From assembly GCA_963665115.1 (NCBI GenBank), contig OY762007.1, positions 5,664,001 through 5,728,000 on the forward strand: DNA of 64,000 bases, written 5' to 3'. The position numbers and the translations under genes were made by a program. The stretch is from an uncultured Rivularia sp. Its GTDB lineage: Bacteria > Cyanobacteriota > Cyanobacteriia > Cyanobacteriales > Nostocaceae. Every line of letters starts with the position of its first letter. The stretch's first letter is position 1. Positions 20,542 to 31,453 of the stretch are shown here, piece by piece. The notes below the pieces were generated by a model, which had not been told where the DNA came from, did not search any database, and saw only the letters and a list, made by a program, of their open reading frames with translations.

Positions 20542-21177
20542 TCAACCTGTGTGGTGAGCCATCCACAAACAATCATCAAGTTGAAAGTTTTGAAATATAG
20601 CTTCAAAAGATGATTTCATTGGGCTACAAGCATACAGGCCAAAATTTAAAGATTGCTGTGTTGGTGCTGGAGGATTAAGTTTTCCTATTTCAACAGAAGT
20701 TTCACCCAGACAATGTAAATGGAAAATTCTCATTTGCTTAAAATCTGTACCATTTGGTGACGACTCAATTAAAAAATCTGGCCCTCGACGATTGAGACGA
20801 TACCACATTGTATTTATTGTAGATATATCTGTTGTTGCCCAATCTGAATAGCCATGATTAGTAACAACGCTACCCAAACGCGAAAATTGTTCGGTTTCAA
20901 GTTCAATAGATGCTTTAAACCAGTTATCGCTATTAATATAAATAATGAAACCGCACTGATCAAATTTTGCTCGATATTTAAATGACGCTTGGGCTGTGAA
21001 TGAAAAATTATTTTTACTATCAATTAAAAGAGCGGGAGCATTATCATTCCTGAATCCATAGTAACTACGCTGCCAAAAATCCGTGTTTGGTTCAGTTGTG
21101 ATTTTCACAGACTGGTTATTTATTTCATAAGATTTCGGTTGATTGAGCCATTTAGCGGTAGAAAAATCAATATTCAT
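20542..21177 (-). CDS. DUF1349 family protein
   Basis: TDFWQRSYYGFRNDNAP, FDQCG, WFKASIE, SVVTN.GYSDW, GLYACSP. Confidence 0.85.
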   Translation of the reverse strand: MNIDFSTAKWLNQPKSYEINNQSVKITTEPNTDFWQRSYYGFRNDNAPALLIDSKNNFSFTAQASFKYRAKFDQCGFIIYINSDNWFKASIELETEQFSRLGSVVTNHGYSDWATTDISTINTMWYRLNRRGPDFLIESSPNGTDFKQMRIFHLHCLGETSVEIGKLNPPAPTQQSLNFGLYACSPMKSSFEAIFQNFQLDDCLWMAHHTG

Positions 21178-21231
21178 AGTGTTTAATAGAATTAAAAAAG
21201 ACGTTGCATTACAACGTCTCAAAAATAATAC

Positions 21232-21296
21232 TACCAATTACCAATTACCAATTACCAATTACCAATTACCAATTACCAATTACCAATTACCAATTA
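21232..21296. repeat. STRR heptamer array (TACCAAT)n
   Basis: About 9 near-perfect tandem copies. Confidence 0.9.
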
Positions 21297-21297
21297 T

Positions 21298-22281
21298 CTA
21301 TTTACCCTGAATATCCAAATCTACTTTTAATCTAGAATTCAGAGGTGTTTCTTCCAAAGTGTTGATATTTTTACCAATATATTTACTATCAGCAAGTAAA
21401 GAAAGTTGTGAATTTATAGGCATTACTTTATCAAGGTCAATTGTAGCTTTTCCTTTAGCGCTACTTCTAAACGTTTGTAAAGTTAAAATACCGTCCAAAG
21501 GTAATCCAGGATAGTCAATTACTTGAGTAGATTTTTCTTGCTGCTGTAAATTAACGTTTAAAGTTGCAACACCACCTTTGACATTTACTAATTCATAAGT
21601 AGTAGTTTGATTAAGATTAATTCCGTTGATACTAGTATCGGAACTAACCTGCCATTTTGCACCAGTTCCTACAGCTTCTGCTGGAAGTGGAGAAGATAAT
21701 TGTTGTAATGAATTAGATAATTGTTCGACGAGAAACTTGATATTTACATCTACTGTAGACGGAATTACGTAATTAAGTTTTTTCGTTCTTCCTTGACTAT
21801 CAATTACAGCAGAAGCACTAAAATTTTCCAACTGTCCGATTTGTTTGCTAATTACTTGGATTAGTTCCGGACGAGTTTGAGCATCACCTTTGATTTTGAC
21901 ATCGGAATAAGCAATATCATAAAAAATATCTCCATTAGAATCTACTTTAGTAACAGTAGAATCTAAAGTAATTAGATAAGCTGGTAACTTTGCTCTAGGC
22001 ATTTTAAAATCACCAATGGACATCAAAGTGTCCTTGTTTAAGGTGACTTTTATAGTTTGTTTAGCACCAACCTTTGGAGTAAAACGCAATTTTTCTTTAT
22101 TACCAGTTCCCGCACTAATCAGTTTTAACTGAGGTACTCTTGCAGCCTTATTCTTAGTAGTTTGCTTTTGAGTTTGGATAACTACAGAAGACGGTTGAGC
22201 ATTAACACTTTTTAAATTTTGCTCTAATCCCCATCCAGCAAAAACTACAAAAATAGAACTAGCTAGAAATAATCTTTTCAT
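21298..22281 (-). CDS. Secreted hypothetical protein (DUF6263-like)
   Basis: Signal peptide; L...G.G....LRF.P; PLPAEAVGTGAKW. Confidence 0.65.
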   Translation of the reverse strand: MKRLFLASSIFVVFAGWGLEQNLKSVNAQPSSVVIQTQKQTTKNKAARVPQLKLISAGTGNKEKLRFTPKVGAKQTIKVTLNKDTLMSIGDFKMPRAKLPAYLITLDSTVTKVDSNGDIFYDIAYSDVKIKGDAQTRPELIQVISKQIGQLENFSASAVIDSQGRTKKLNYVIPSTVDVNIKFLVEQLSNSLQQLSSPLPAEAVGTGAKWQVSSDTSINGINLNQTTTYELVNVKGGVATLNVNLQQQEKSTQVIDYPGLPLDGILTLQTFRSSAKGKATIDLDKVMPINSQLSLLADSKYIGKNINTLEETPLNSRLKVDLDIQGK

Positions 22282-22554
22282 GTGTTTTATCTATGATTAC
22301 AATTTGAAGTATTAAGTGTACGGTACGGGAAATTGAAGACGAAATGATTAACTATTCTACCTTCAGATCGCAGAAAAATGTGCAGAAATAATTACAATCA
22401 GTTTTAACGAACAAGAAAGATGATAAACTGATGGATTACAAACGGTTGAATCTCGTTTTATTGACAATGCATCCCATTTAGAAGTTCCCAAGTGTGGGAA
22501 ACAGTGAACAGTGAATAGTTATTGATTAATGACAACTAACAATTAACAATTCCC

Positions 22555-23478
22555 ATGAGTATTATCGTTTTCGGCAGCATTAATATGGATTTGGTAGCCA
22601 CAGCACCTCGTTTGCCGACTCCTGGGGAAACTTTGTTGGGAAATAATTTTTTTCAAGCACCGGGTGGTAAAGGTGCTAATCAAGCAGTCGCAGTTGCTAA
22701 ATTAGGTATTACTACTGAAATTGTTGGACGTGTTGGCAAGCAAAGCTTTAGTGAAGAACTTATTAATTATCTACAAGCTGCGGGTGTTAAAACAGAGAAT
22801 GTATTTATCGATCAAACCGTAAGCTCCGGTGTAGCAATTATAAATGTAGATGATGCTGGTGAAAATCAAATTGTGGTTATTCCTGGTGCAAATGGGCGCG
22901 TAGATGGAGAAGATGTGAAAAGACTATCGCGGTTATTACCTGGGAAGAAAGCACTTTTATTACAACTGGAAATTCCGATATCTAGCGCGATCGCAGCAGC
23001 ACAAGCAGCACAAAAAGCGGGAGTTCAAGTAATTCTCGATCCGGCACCAGCACAAAACGAGTTACCAAAAGAACTTTATCCATTGGTAGATATCCTGACA
23101 CCAAATGAAGTTGAAGCAGCACAATTAGTAGGTTTTCCAGTGAATGGGGAAGATTCAGCAAAGAAAGCCGCAGAAGTTTTACTACACAAAGGCGTGAAGT
23201 GTGCAGTTGTTAAACTTGGTGCAAAAGGCGTTTATTGCACTAACGGAACAGAAAGCTTTTTTACACCAGCATTTACAGTTAAAACAGTTGACACCACAGC
23301 CGCAGGAGACGCTTTCAACGGTGGTTTAGCAGCAGCACTTGCCGAAGGATTTTCGTTAAAGCAAGCAATAGTTTGGGGTAGTGCAGCAGGTGCATTAGCG
23401 GCAACTAAATCTGGCGCACAGCCTTCGTTACCAGATAGGGATGCGTTTGATAAGTTTTTGCAAGAAAATGTTAGTTGA
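22555..23478 (+). CDS. rbsK: Ribokinase
   Basis: GSINMD, GGKGANQA, NQIVVIPGAN, PNEVEA, DTTAAGDAFNG. Confidence 0.92.
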   Translation: MSIIVFGSINMDLVATAPRLPTPGETLLGNNFFQAPGGKGANQAVAVAKLGITTEIVGRVGKQSFSEELINYLQAAGVKTENVFIDQTVSSGVAIINVDDAGENQIVVIPGANGRVDGEDVKRLSRLLPGKKALLLQLEIPISSAIAAAQAAQKAGVQVILDPAPAQNELPKELYPLVDILTPNEVEAAQLVGFPVNGEDSAKKAAEVLLHKGVKCAVVKLGAKGVYCTNGTESFFTPAFTVKTVDTTAAGDAFNGGLAAALAEGFSLKQAIVWGSAAGALAATKSGAQPSLPDRDAFDKFLQENVS

Positions 23479-23541
23479 TAGTTGATAGTTGCTGGGGATT
23501 GGTAATTGATAATTGATAATTGATAATTGTTCTATAAAACT

Positions 23542-24856
23542 ATGACTGATTTAATCTTGCGTCGGGGTAGATTAATTACATTTAATACCGAAAATCTAGA
23601 AACTGTAGATATCGCCATTAAAGATGGTAAAATTTCTGCAATTTTACCCAATTTAAAGGAATCTGCGTCTCAAGAAATCGATTTAGACTCAAAGTTAATT
23701 TCACCTCCTTTTGTTGAATCGCATATTCATTTAGACTCGGTTTTGACTGCTGGTGAACCCCGCTGGAATGAGAGTGGGGACTTTGTTTGAGGGAATTAAA
23801 ATTTGGGGCGATCGCAAACGTGAAATCACTATCGATGACGTGAAAAATCGCGCTTTGACAATGTTAAAAGAGCAAGCGGCTCAAGGTATATTATTTGTCA
23901 GAACTCACGCAGATGTCAGCGAACCTCAATTAATTGCGCTACAGGCTTTATTGGAATTGCGGGATGAAGTTAAAGATTGGATGACTGTGCAGGTAGTTGC
24001 ATTTCCCCAAGATGGGATTTATTCGCATTCGCAAAATGAGGTTTTATTGGAAAAAGCCTTGGAAATGGGTGCGGATGCGGTAGGTGGAATTCCCCACTAT
24101 GAATTGACGAGAGAAAATGGTGTTAATTCGGTAAAACGAATATTTGAATTAGCAGAAAAATATAATCGTTTAATTGATATTCATTGTGACGAAATTGATG
24201 ATGAGCAATCGCGGTTTTTAGAAGTCGTTGCTGCGGAGGCTATTTGCACAAAAATGGGTAGTAGAGTTACGGCAAGTCATACGACTGCTTTTGGTTCTTA
24301 TAATAATGCTTATGCGTATAAATTAATGGGTTTTCTCCAACGCGCCCAAATTAATTTTATCGCCAATCCATTGATTAATATTACCTTACAGGGACGTGCA
24401 GATACTTATCCCAAGCGCCGGGGAGTCACCCGCGTTAAGGAACTTTGGCAAAATGGCTTAAACGTCAGTTTTGGACACGATTGCGTCCAAGATCCTTGGT
24501 ATAGCTTGGGTACGGGAAGTATGTTAGATGTGGCTCACATGGGAGTACATATTTGTCACATGACGGGGCGTGAGGAAGTTGATGCTTGTTATCAAATGGT
24601 AACGGCTAACGGAGCTAAGACATTAAATTTAGAAGAAAAATATGGTGTAGAAATTGGAAAACCAGCGTCTTTAATTGTGTTAGATACTGTCGATTCCTAC
24701 GATGCTATTCGCACTCGCATCCAACCGCGTTACGTTATCTCCCAAGGAAAAATAATTGCTTCCACAACACCAGCAGCAACCGATTTTTTATCAACAGGAG
24801 TAACGACAAATCAACCTAAGCCTGGAAAATCTGTATCACTGTCTAAGGTATTATAA
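23542..24856 (+). CDS. codA: Cytosine deaminase, split by an apparent +1 frameshift at 23776-23779
   Basis: HIHLD, PRWNESG|TLFEGI, VAFPQDG, HCDE, GHDC..DPWY. Confidence 0.9.
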
Positions 24857-25033
24857 ATTGTTTATTCTGTCATCAAAATATAAGTTTTTATCTATGGTGT
24901 TCATAAAGAAAATAGTGCTATTAAGGTAAATTTAATGATATAAATGATATGTTTTAGCTTCTCAAAGTTGGTACTTTTGCAATATTTTTCCAACATTGAG
25001 TGAGTTTTATCACCAGACATAAATAAAACCAGA

Positions 25034-25639
25034 ATGAAACTATTTAAATTGCTAGCATTAAGCTTAGTATTGATACCAGTAAGTATATTAGCTGCATCTT
25101 GTAATGAAAATACATCTCCAGCTAACAACGTCGATGCACAGGCTTCAAACAGTTCAGATAATTCAAATAATTGTATCACCGAAAAAGATGTGATAGATGC
25201 TCAAGAAACTTGGGGTGATGCGGTTATTGAAATTGGCAAAGCATACAAAGACAAAGGAGATTATAAAGAATTAGCAGTAGAAACTGTTGATAATCTATAC
25301 GGTTACGATGAAGGAAAGGTTTTATTTAAGCCTACTTTAGCTTCAGAAGGACAGTTTCGTTTAACGGAGGAAGACGCTGTATCTTATTTTGTTAAAGGTA
25401 AAATTGCTGAAGACAAGGGATTTGCACTTCGACCGTGGAGTAAAGTAAGATTTGAAAATGCGGGTATCAGCGTTAGTTGTAGCGATGCCGTAACTATGGG
25501 AAATTACTATTTCACCGATGCTAATACTGGTAAAGAAACCAAAGTAGAATATACTTTCGGCTACCGCAAAAACAATGATGGAAAGCTGTTGATTGACTTA
25601 CACCATTCCTCATTACCATTTAATCCCGCAGAGCAATAA
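25034..25639 (+). CDS. Lipoprotein with COG4337/iota carbonic anhydrase-like (NTF2/SnoaL fold) domain
   Basis: Lipobox LAASC; VLFKPTLA, EDKGFAL.PW..VRF.N, MGNYYF, KVEYTFGY, LHHSSLP. Confidence 0.75.
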   Translation: MKLFKLLALSLVLIPVSILAASCNENTSPANNVDAQASNSSDNSNNCITEKDVIDAQETWGDAVIEIGKAYKDKGDYKELAVETVDNLYGYDEGKVLFKPTLASEGQFRLTEEDAVSYFVKGKIAEDKGFALRPWSKVRFENAGISVSCSDAVTMGNYYFTDANTGKETKVEYTFGYRKNNDGKLLIDLHHSSLPFNPAEQ

Positions 25640-25729
25640 TTTTGTAGGGAGTAGGGAGCAATGAATAAAGCAAATATATTTATTATTTTCTTTTTCTTGC
25701 TCCTTGTTTTTTTGACTTAATGAATATAA

Positions 25730-25912
25730 TTATCCAAAATTTACGCCAACAAAAATCTGTCTAATAATAGTAGTAATAAAAAAGTAAAAAAGAAAAGCAT
25801 GAATAACTAAACTTATATCTCTCAAATTACGGTCTATGCTATTCATTTTTGTAAGTTTTGAATTTATTTCTCGTAATTCTATTAAAACTTCTTCTAATTT
25901 ATGTTCGTCCAT
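25730..25912 (-). CDS. Small hypothetical membrane protein
   Basis: 60 aa from ATG 25912; short coiled coil plus one TM; very AT-rich. Confidence 0.4.
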   Translation of the reverse strand: MDEHKLEEVLIELREINSKLTKMNSIDRNLRDISLVIHAFLFYFFITTIIRQIFVGVNFG

Positions 25913-26065
25913 ATTTATTAAAATAGTCAAAATATCTTTATTTAAGATAAATCGAGTATACAACGAATCAAAAATTTAAAATTAGGAACAACACAGTATT
26001 AATAGAATATTCACAAAAACTTTATTGTGATTTATTTGAATTTATTTGAATTGTTAATATTAACT

Positions 26066-26345
26066 CTACTCCCTACTTACTACTTCTTACTCTCTACTCC
26101 CTACTTACTACTCCCTACTTACTACTCCTTACTTTCTACTCCTTACTCTCTACTCCCTACTTACTACTCCTTACTCTCTACTCCCTACTTACTACTCCTT
26201 ACTCTTTACTCCCTACTCCTTACTCCCTACTCCTTACTCCTTACTCTCTACTCCCTACTTACTACTCCTTACTCTTTACTCCCTACTTACTACTCCTTAC
26301 TCTCTACTCCCTACTTACTACTCCTTACTCTCTACTCCCTACTGC
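26066..26345. repeat. Long STRR array of about 40 heptamers (CTACTCC variants) with 28-bp higher-order units
   Basis: Recurring CTACTCC-CTACTTA-CTACTCC-TTACTCT blocks. Confidence 0.92.
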
Positions 26346-26728
26346 TCTAAAAAAGAAACATGAGCAGAAACAACTTTCCAACCTTCTGAAAAACGCTGCC
26401 ACATTTGACTTTGCCTACCTCGACGTTCTACACCATTGATAAATCGACGAAATTCAAGAGTGATTGCTGCACTATCTTCACCAAATGTTACTACTTTCAG
26501 ATTAATTATTTCGCGCTCTAATTTAAAATTCGGACGGGAATTGCGAAAAGCTCGGATATTTTCGGCACCATACTGATTTTCTTTTAATCCAAGCCGAACA
26601 ACGTTTGCTGAATCCCAGAAAAAATTATCCAGCACCGCAGTATCATTACTACATAAAGCCGCTTCATACTTCATATACAATTCTGTCAACTCAGCAACTA
26701 AGGCTGGTTGATTAACGATATTACTCAT
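26339..26728 (-). CDS. hpxZ: Oxalurate catabolism protein HpxZ / AtzH-like (DUF3225)
   Basis: YEAAL..ND..VLD.FFWDS...VR.G..EN.YG...I.AFR, GRQSQ.W.RF..GWKVVSAHVS. Confidence 0.8.
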   Translation of the reverse strand: MSNIVNQPALVAELTELYMKYEAALCSNDTAVLDNFFWDSANVVRLGLKENQYGAENIRAFRNSRPNFKLEREIINLKVVTFGEDSAAITLEFRRFINGVERRGRQSQMWQRFSEGWKVVSAHVSFLEQ

Positions 26729-26829
26729 ATTTCTATATCCAAAATTCCCCTAATTATGATACAACTCAAAACATTCTTAAATATTTACATATAGCCCCCC
26801 TTAAAAAAAGGGGGGTTGGGGGAATCTCA

Positions 26830-27754
26830 ATGTCTAAACAACTCGTATTAATGGATCACGATGGTGGTGTGGATGATTATTTAGCAACAATGCTATTAAT
26901 GACGATGGATAACGTTCAATCGCTTGGTGTGGTGGTAACTGCGGCTGATTGTTACGCACAACCAGCAGTTAACGCTACTCGGAAAATTCTTAATTTAATG
27001 GGATTTGATGATATTCCGGTAGCAGAAAGCACGGTGCGCGGGATTAATCCATTTCCCAATCTTTACCGACGCGATTCTTATGTAGTCGATCATTTCCCCA
27101 TACTCAATCAACAGGAAACCATAACTACACCATTGGTTGCAGAACCTGGCGAAGATTTCACAGTGAAAGTACTGCAACAAGCAACCGAACCAGTAACAAT
27201 AATGGCAACTGGTCCTTTAACAAATATTGCCGTAGCGTTACAAAAAGCACCCGATATCGAAGCGAAAATCAAACGTATCGTATGGATGGGAGGAGCATTG
27301 AACGTACCCGGTAACGTCGAGAAAAACTGGGAACCGGGACAAGATGGTTCTGCTGAGTGGAATGCTTATTGGGACCCCAATTTCGGTAGCGCAAATTTGG
27401 GATACTCAAATTGAAATAATTATGTGTCCTTTAGATATTACTAATAACGTCCCAGTGACATCAGAAATTGTCCAAAAAATGGGCAAACAAAGAAACTATC
27501 CCGTATCAGATTTAGCCGGACAATGTTATGCCTTAGTAATTCCTCAAGACTATTATTTTTGGGATGTATTAGCAACCGCTTATTTAGCAAAACCAGAATT
27601 ATTTGAATTAAAAGAAATAGAAACAGAAATCATTACTGAAGGCAAGAGTCAAGGCGCAACGAAAATTGTATCGGGAGGAAGAAAAGTTTCTGTAATGGAT
27701 AAAGTTGATAAACAAGCATTTTATAACTATATTTTGCAACAGTGGAAAAGATGA
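26830..27754 (+). CDS. Nucleoside hydrolase (IUNH family), split by an apparent +1 frameshift at 27375-27378
   Basis: DHDGGVDD, TGPLTN, WMGGA, AEWNAYWDP, PLDIT, YYFWD. Confidence 0.88.
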
Positions 27755-27931
27755 TCCGATTTTGGATTTTGCGGAAAGTTGCGCGGTGAGAGAAGTGGTG
27801 TTGGGGTGTAGATTTTCTTCCCTCAAAACTTTTCTGCTCCAGATTTTGGATTGAAAGAGTTAGGAGTTAGGAGTTAGGAGTTGTTATTTTACCAATTACC
27901 AATGCCCAATCCCCAATCCCCCATTCCCATC

Positions 27932-28480
27932 TTACTTAATTAAATTCAAACCTAAAAACAAAGCCGCAACAGTACCAGCAACACAAATTTCACCTTTAAC
28001 TATTTTTTGCAAAACTGCATCTACTGGAATTAAAATAACTTCGATTTCTTCTGTAATATCTAACTTGCATTTTCCCGTTTTCGTAACATTTTCAGCTAAA
28101 TATAAATGTAATTGATTCGTATCCTTACTAGGTTTATCGTAAAAAGTTGCTATCTTCTTTATTTTTGATGCAACATAACCAGTTTCCTCTTCAAGTTCTC
28201 TAGTTGCGGCAAATTCACCGCTTTCTTGTTCCGGATTAAAACCACCTGCGGGAAGCTCAATAAAAAAATCACTTATAGCGTGTCTATATTGCTTAACAAA
28301 AACAATTTCTCGATCGCTAGTAATTGGTAAAACAATCGCTACATCTGGTCTAATATTAACAAAGTAATCATCAATTACCTGTCCGTTGGGTAATTCTATT
28401 TTATCTTGCCTGACTTTACACCAAGGATGGTTTAATGCCATTTCCGATTGAACGAGATTCCATTTTGTTAAGCCAGCCAT
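27932..28480 (-). CDS. NUDIX hydrolase (ADP-ribose pyrophosphatase-like)
   Basis: QYRH, ELPAG, A.RELEEETG. Confidence 0.88.
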   Translation of the reverse strand: MAGLTKWNLVQSEMALNHPWCKVRQDKIELPNGQVIDDYFVNIRPDVAIVLPITSDREIVFVKQYRHAISDFFIELPAGGFNPEQESGEFAATRELEEETGYVASKIKKIATFYDKPSKDTNQLHLYLAENVTKTGKCKLDITEEIEVILIPVDAVLQKIVKGEICVAGTVAALFLGLNLIK

Positions 28481-28776
28481 AATTTCAATTAATAGGGTAG
28501 AAACAATAGTTTACTTGTAAATATTGGATATGGGATATGGGGTATGGGGCATCGGGTATCGGGCATCGTAAATTTAAAGCGGTAATATATTTATTATTCC
28601 TAATTCTAAAATTTCCTATCTTTTTCTCTGCAAAACTTGATGCTAAACCTCCGCTTTTTAAACAATATTATTTCTTATACAAACCGGACTCATAATAAAC
28701 TACATGGATGAGGTATTTTATCCAATTCCCCATTCCCCATCCCCCATTCCCAATCTTCAATCTTCAATCTTCAACT

Positions 28777-29829
28777 ATGCAAATCCAGTTAGAAATATTT
28801 ACCGTTAATAAACGCTTTCCTTTAACTATTAGTCGCGGCACCACCGCAAAAACAACGAATCTATGGGTAAGAATATCAGAAGATGGGATCGAAGGTTGGG
28901 GAGAAGCATCACCTTTCAACGTCGGTAATTATCCGCAATCTACTCAGGTTATTCAACAATCTATAATACAAGTTACGCCAAGTTTACAAGCTTTACATCC
29001 GTCACAGCGTCAGCAAATTGAATTTTTATTAAACAAAGCGCAAATTCCTTCTGCTGCTAAAGCGGCGATAGATACAGCCCTACACGACTGGATGGGAAAA
29101 CGTGTGGGCTTACCTTTGTGGCAAATTTGGGGACTTGATAGAAATGTCATCAAGCCGGTTTCGGTGACTATCGGTATTAGCTCTCCGGAAGATGCCAGAA
29201 AAAGGGTAAGGGATTGGCTGCAATTCATGGATGTGAAAATGTTAAAAGTAAAATTAGGCAGCCCCGATGGTATTGAAGCAGATAAAAAAATGCTCGATGC
29301 TGTACTTGAAGAAGCACCAACGCCGGATTTATACGTGGATGCAAATGGCGGTTGGAATTTAGAAGATGCCCTTCATATGTGTTTTATACTTGCCGATATG
29401 GGTGTAAAGTATGTTGAGCAGCCTTTGCCACGAGGAAAAGAACAAAGTTTGCTGGAATTGAAAAAGTCTTCCCCTATACCTATTTTTGTTGATGAAAGCT
29501 GCTTTACTAGTGTTGATATACCCCATTTAGCGTCATGCGCCGATGGTGTTAATATCAAGCTAATGAAATCTGGGGGTTTAACCGAGGCAATGCGGATGAT
29601 ACATACAGCACGTGCCTGCGGTTTACAGGTAATGTTTGGCTGCTATTCCGATAGCGCGATCGCAAATACCGCTCTCGCTCAGTTAGCACCATTAGCCGAT
29701 TATTTAGACTTGGATAGTCACCTGAATTTAATAAACGATCCCTTTACGGGTGCATTTATTGAAGAGGGAAAAATTTTGCCAAATAATTTACCAGGGTTGG
29801 GAGTACAACGGAGTGCGTTTGCCGCTTAA
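28777..29829 (+). CDS. Dipeptide epimerase (L-Ala-D/L-Glu epimerase/DgcA-like, enolase superfamily)
   Basis: ISRG, GWGEA, KVKLG, VDANGGW, EQP, DES, NIKLMKSGG, DLD. Confidence 0.88.
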   Translation: MQIQLEIFTVNKRFPLTISRGTTAKTTNLWVRISEDGIEGWGEASPFNVGNYPQSTQVIQQSIIQVTPSLQALHPSQRQQIEFLLNKAQIPSAAKAAIDTALHDWMGKRVGLPLWQIWGLDRNVIKPVSVTIGISSPEDARKRVRDWLQFMDVKMLKVKLGSPDGIEADKKMLDAVLEEAPTPDLYVDANGGWNLEDALHMCFILADMGVKYVEQPLPRGKEQSLLELKKSSPIPIFVDESCFTSVDIPHLASCADGVNIKLMKSGGLTEAMRMIHTARACGLQVMFGCYSDSAIANTALAQLAPLADYLDLDSHLNLINDPFTGAFIEEGKILPNNLPGLGVQRSAFAA

Positions 29830-30856
29830 TCAAAAAACCGCCGTTCTATTACATGAGGGAATTCGCGGAACTCATGGAAAAACCGGGTTATCATTATTAC
29901 GCTACAGTGATGCACCGATAGTCGTGGCGATCGACCGAGATTGTCCGGGGCAGTCTTTACCGGAATTGACGGGTATTAAACGTGATGTGCCGATTGTTGC
30001 CTCTGTAAAAGATTCACTTCAATTTAAACCACAGGTTTTAGTAATCGGTATTGCTCCTAAAGGCGGAAGTTTGCCAGATGATTACTGGCGTGAAATTAAA
30101 GATGCCTTGGTGGGGGGAATGTCAATTGTGAATGGTTTGCATACTCCCCTGGGTAAAAGTCCGGAATTAAAGACTTTATTAAAGCCGGGACAGTTAATTT
30201 GGGATATTCGCAAAGAGCCATCTAATATTGGCGTATGTACTCTCGCGGCGAGAAATCTTCCCTGTAAGCGGGTTTTGACTGTAGGAACCGATATGGCAGT
30301 CGGAAAAATGTCTACAAGTTTAGAGTTAAATCATACGTCGCGGTTGCGAGGTTTGCGTACCAAGTTTCTCGCTACGGGACAAACAGGTTTAATGTTGGAA
30401 GGTGATGGTGTAGCTTTGGATTCCGTGCAAGTAGATTTTGCTGCGGGCGCGGTGGAACAAGTGGTATTGCGTTACGGCAAAAATTACGATATTTTACACA
30501 TTGAAGGACAAGGTTCCTTACTACATCCAAGTTCTACAGCGACACTACCTTTAATACGCGGCTCTCAACCCACTCAAATGATTTTAGTACATCGTCTCGG
30601 ACAAAACGAAGTGATTGAAGGAGTCCCCATTCCCCCTTTGGTTGAAGTAGTTAAATTATATGAAATAGTTGCTGGTGGTGCCGGTGCTTTTGCATCGGTA
30701 CCTGTAGTTGGAATTGCTTTAAATACAGCTAATTTTGATGAAGCTGCGGCAAAACAAGCAATTTCACAAGTAGAAGCCGAAACCGGATTACCCTGTACTG
30801 ATGTAATTAGATTTGGTGGCGATAAGTTATTGGATGCGGTGATGAGAAGCAGTTAG
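29813..30856 (+). CDS. DUF1611 family protein (DgcN-like)
   Basis: GKT..LLRY, NGLH, TVGTD.AVGKM, ATGQTG, DFAAGA.E, IEGQGSL.HP; GTG start overlaps the epimerase gene. Confidence 0.85.
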   Translation: MRLPLNQKTAVLLHEGIRGTHGKTGLSLLRYSDAPIVVAIDRDCPGQSLPELTGIKRDVPIVASVKDSLQFKPQVLVIGIAPKGGSLPDDYWREIKDALVGGMSIVNGLHTPLGKSPELKTLLKPGQLIWDIRKEPSNIGVCTLAARNLPCKRVLTVGTDMAVGKMSTSLELNHTSRLRGLRTKFLATGQTGLMLEGDGVALDSVQVDFAAGAVEQVVLRYGKNYDILHIEGQGSLLHPSSTATLPLIRGSQPTQMILVHRLGQNEVIEGVPIPPLVEVVKLYEIVAGGAGAFASVPVVGIALNTANFDEAAAKQAISQVEAETGLPCTDVIRFGGDKLLDAVMRSS

Positions 30857-31453
30857 GAGTTAGGAGTTGAAGAGAGCGGAGGGAGATGAGGAAGCTGAGG
30901 AAGCGGAGGGAGAAAGAATTTTTTTGTTGCCTCCCCTGCCTCCCCTGCTCTCTTTCTCCCCGTCTACTAATTCAACTAAGGCAATTAAGTTATATAAAAT
31001 TATCGCTCGTTATTACAGGATTTAAAATTATTGCTTGTAACTAGTTTTGCTCATAATACCCGTAATTTAATTGATGTTTATAGGGTTAAATTGAGTTTTT
31101 CAACATAGAACAAATATTTTTTATACATAATGTCTACTGTGGAAGATTAAAGGATAATAGTGAAAAATATATTAAGATAGCAAGTGACAGGTTATACGAT
31201 TGATATTTGAGGGTTATTATACAGTGCAGGGATAAGCCCTTTCCCCTTCTAAGATAAAACACGGTAGAATAAATTCAAAAATTCAATATAGAATTACTGT
31301 TTAGATATTTAACGGTTCCTTAACGACAATCTTCTCTGATGGGTAAGTTTATAATTACTTGGCCTTCTAACAGATTAGTCATTATACGAACTGAATTTTA
31401 AAATGTTCTTTGTCAATATTAAGGGCATTCTCAATTGCTGATAGGTTAATCTG

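Noticed and set aside
26066..26345. Possible CRISPR array (also considered for 21232-21296 and 36160-36340)
   Set aside because: Contiguous heptamers with no unique spacers and no cas genes.
26027..26350. 107-aa Leu/Tyr/Ser-rich ORF
   Set aside because: It is a translation of the CTACTCC STRR array, not a plausible gene.
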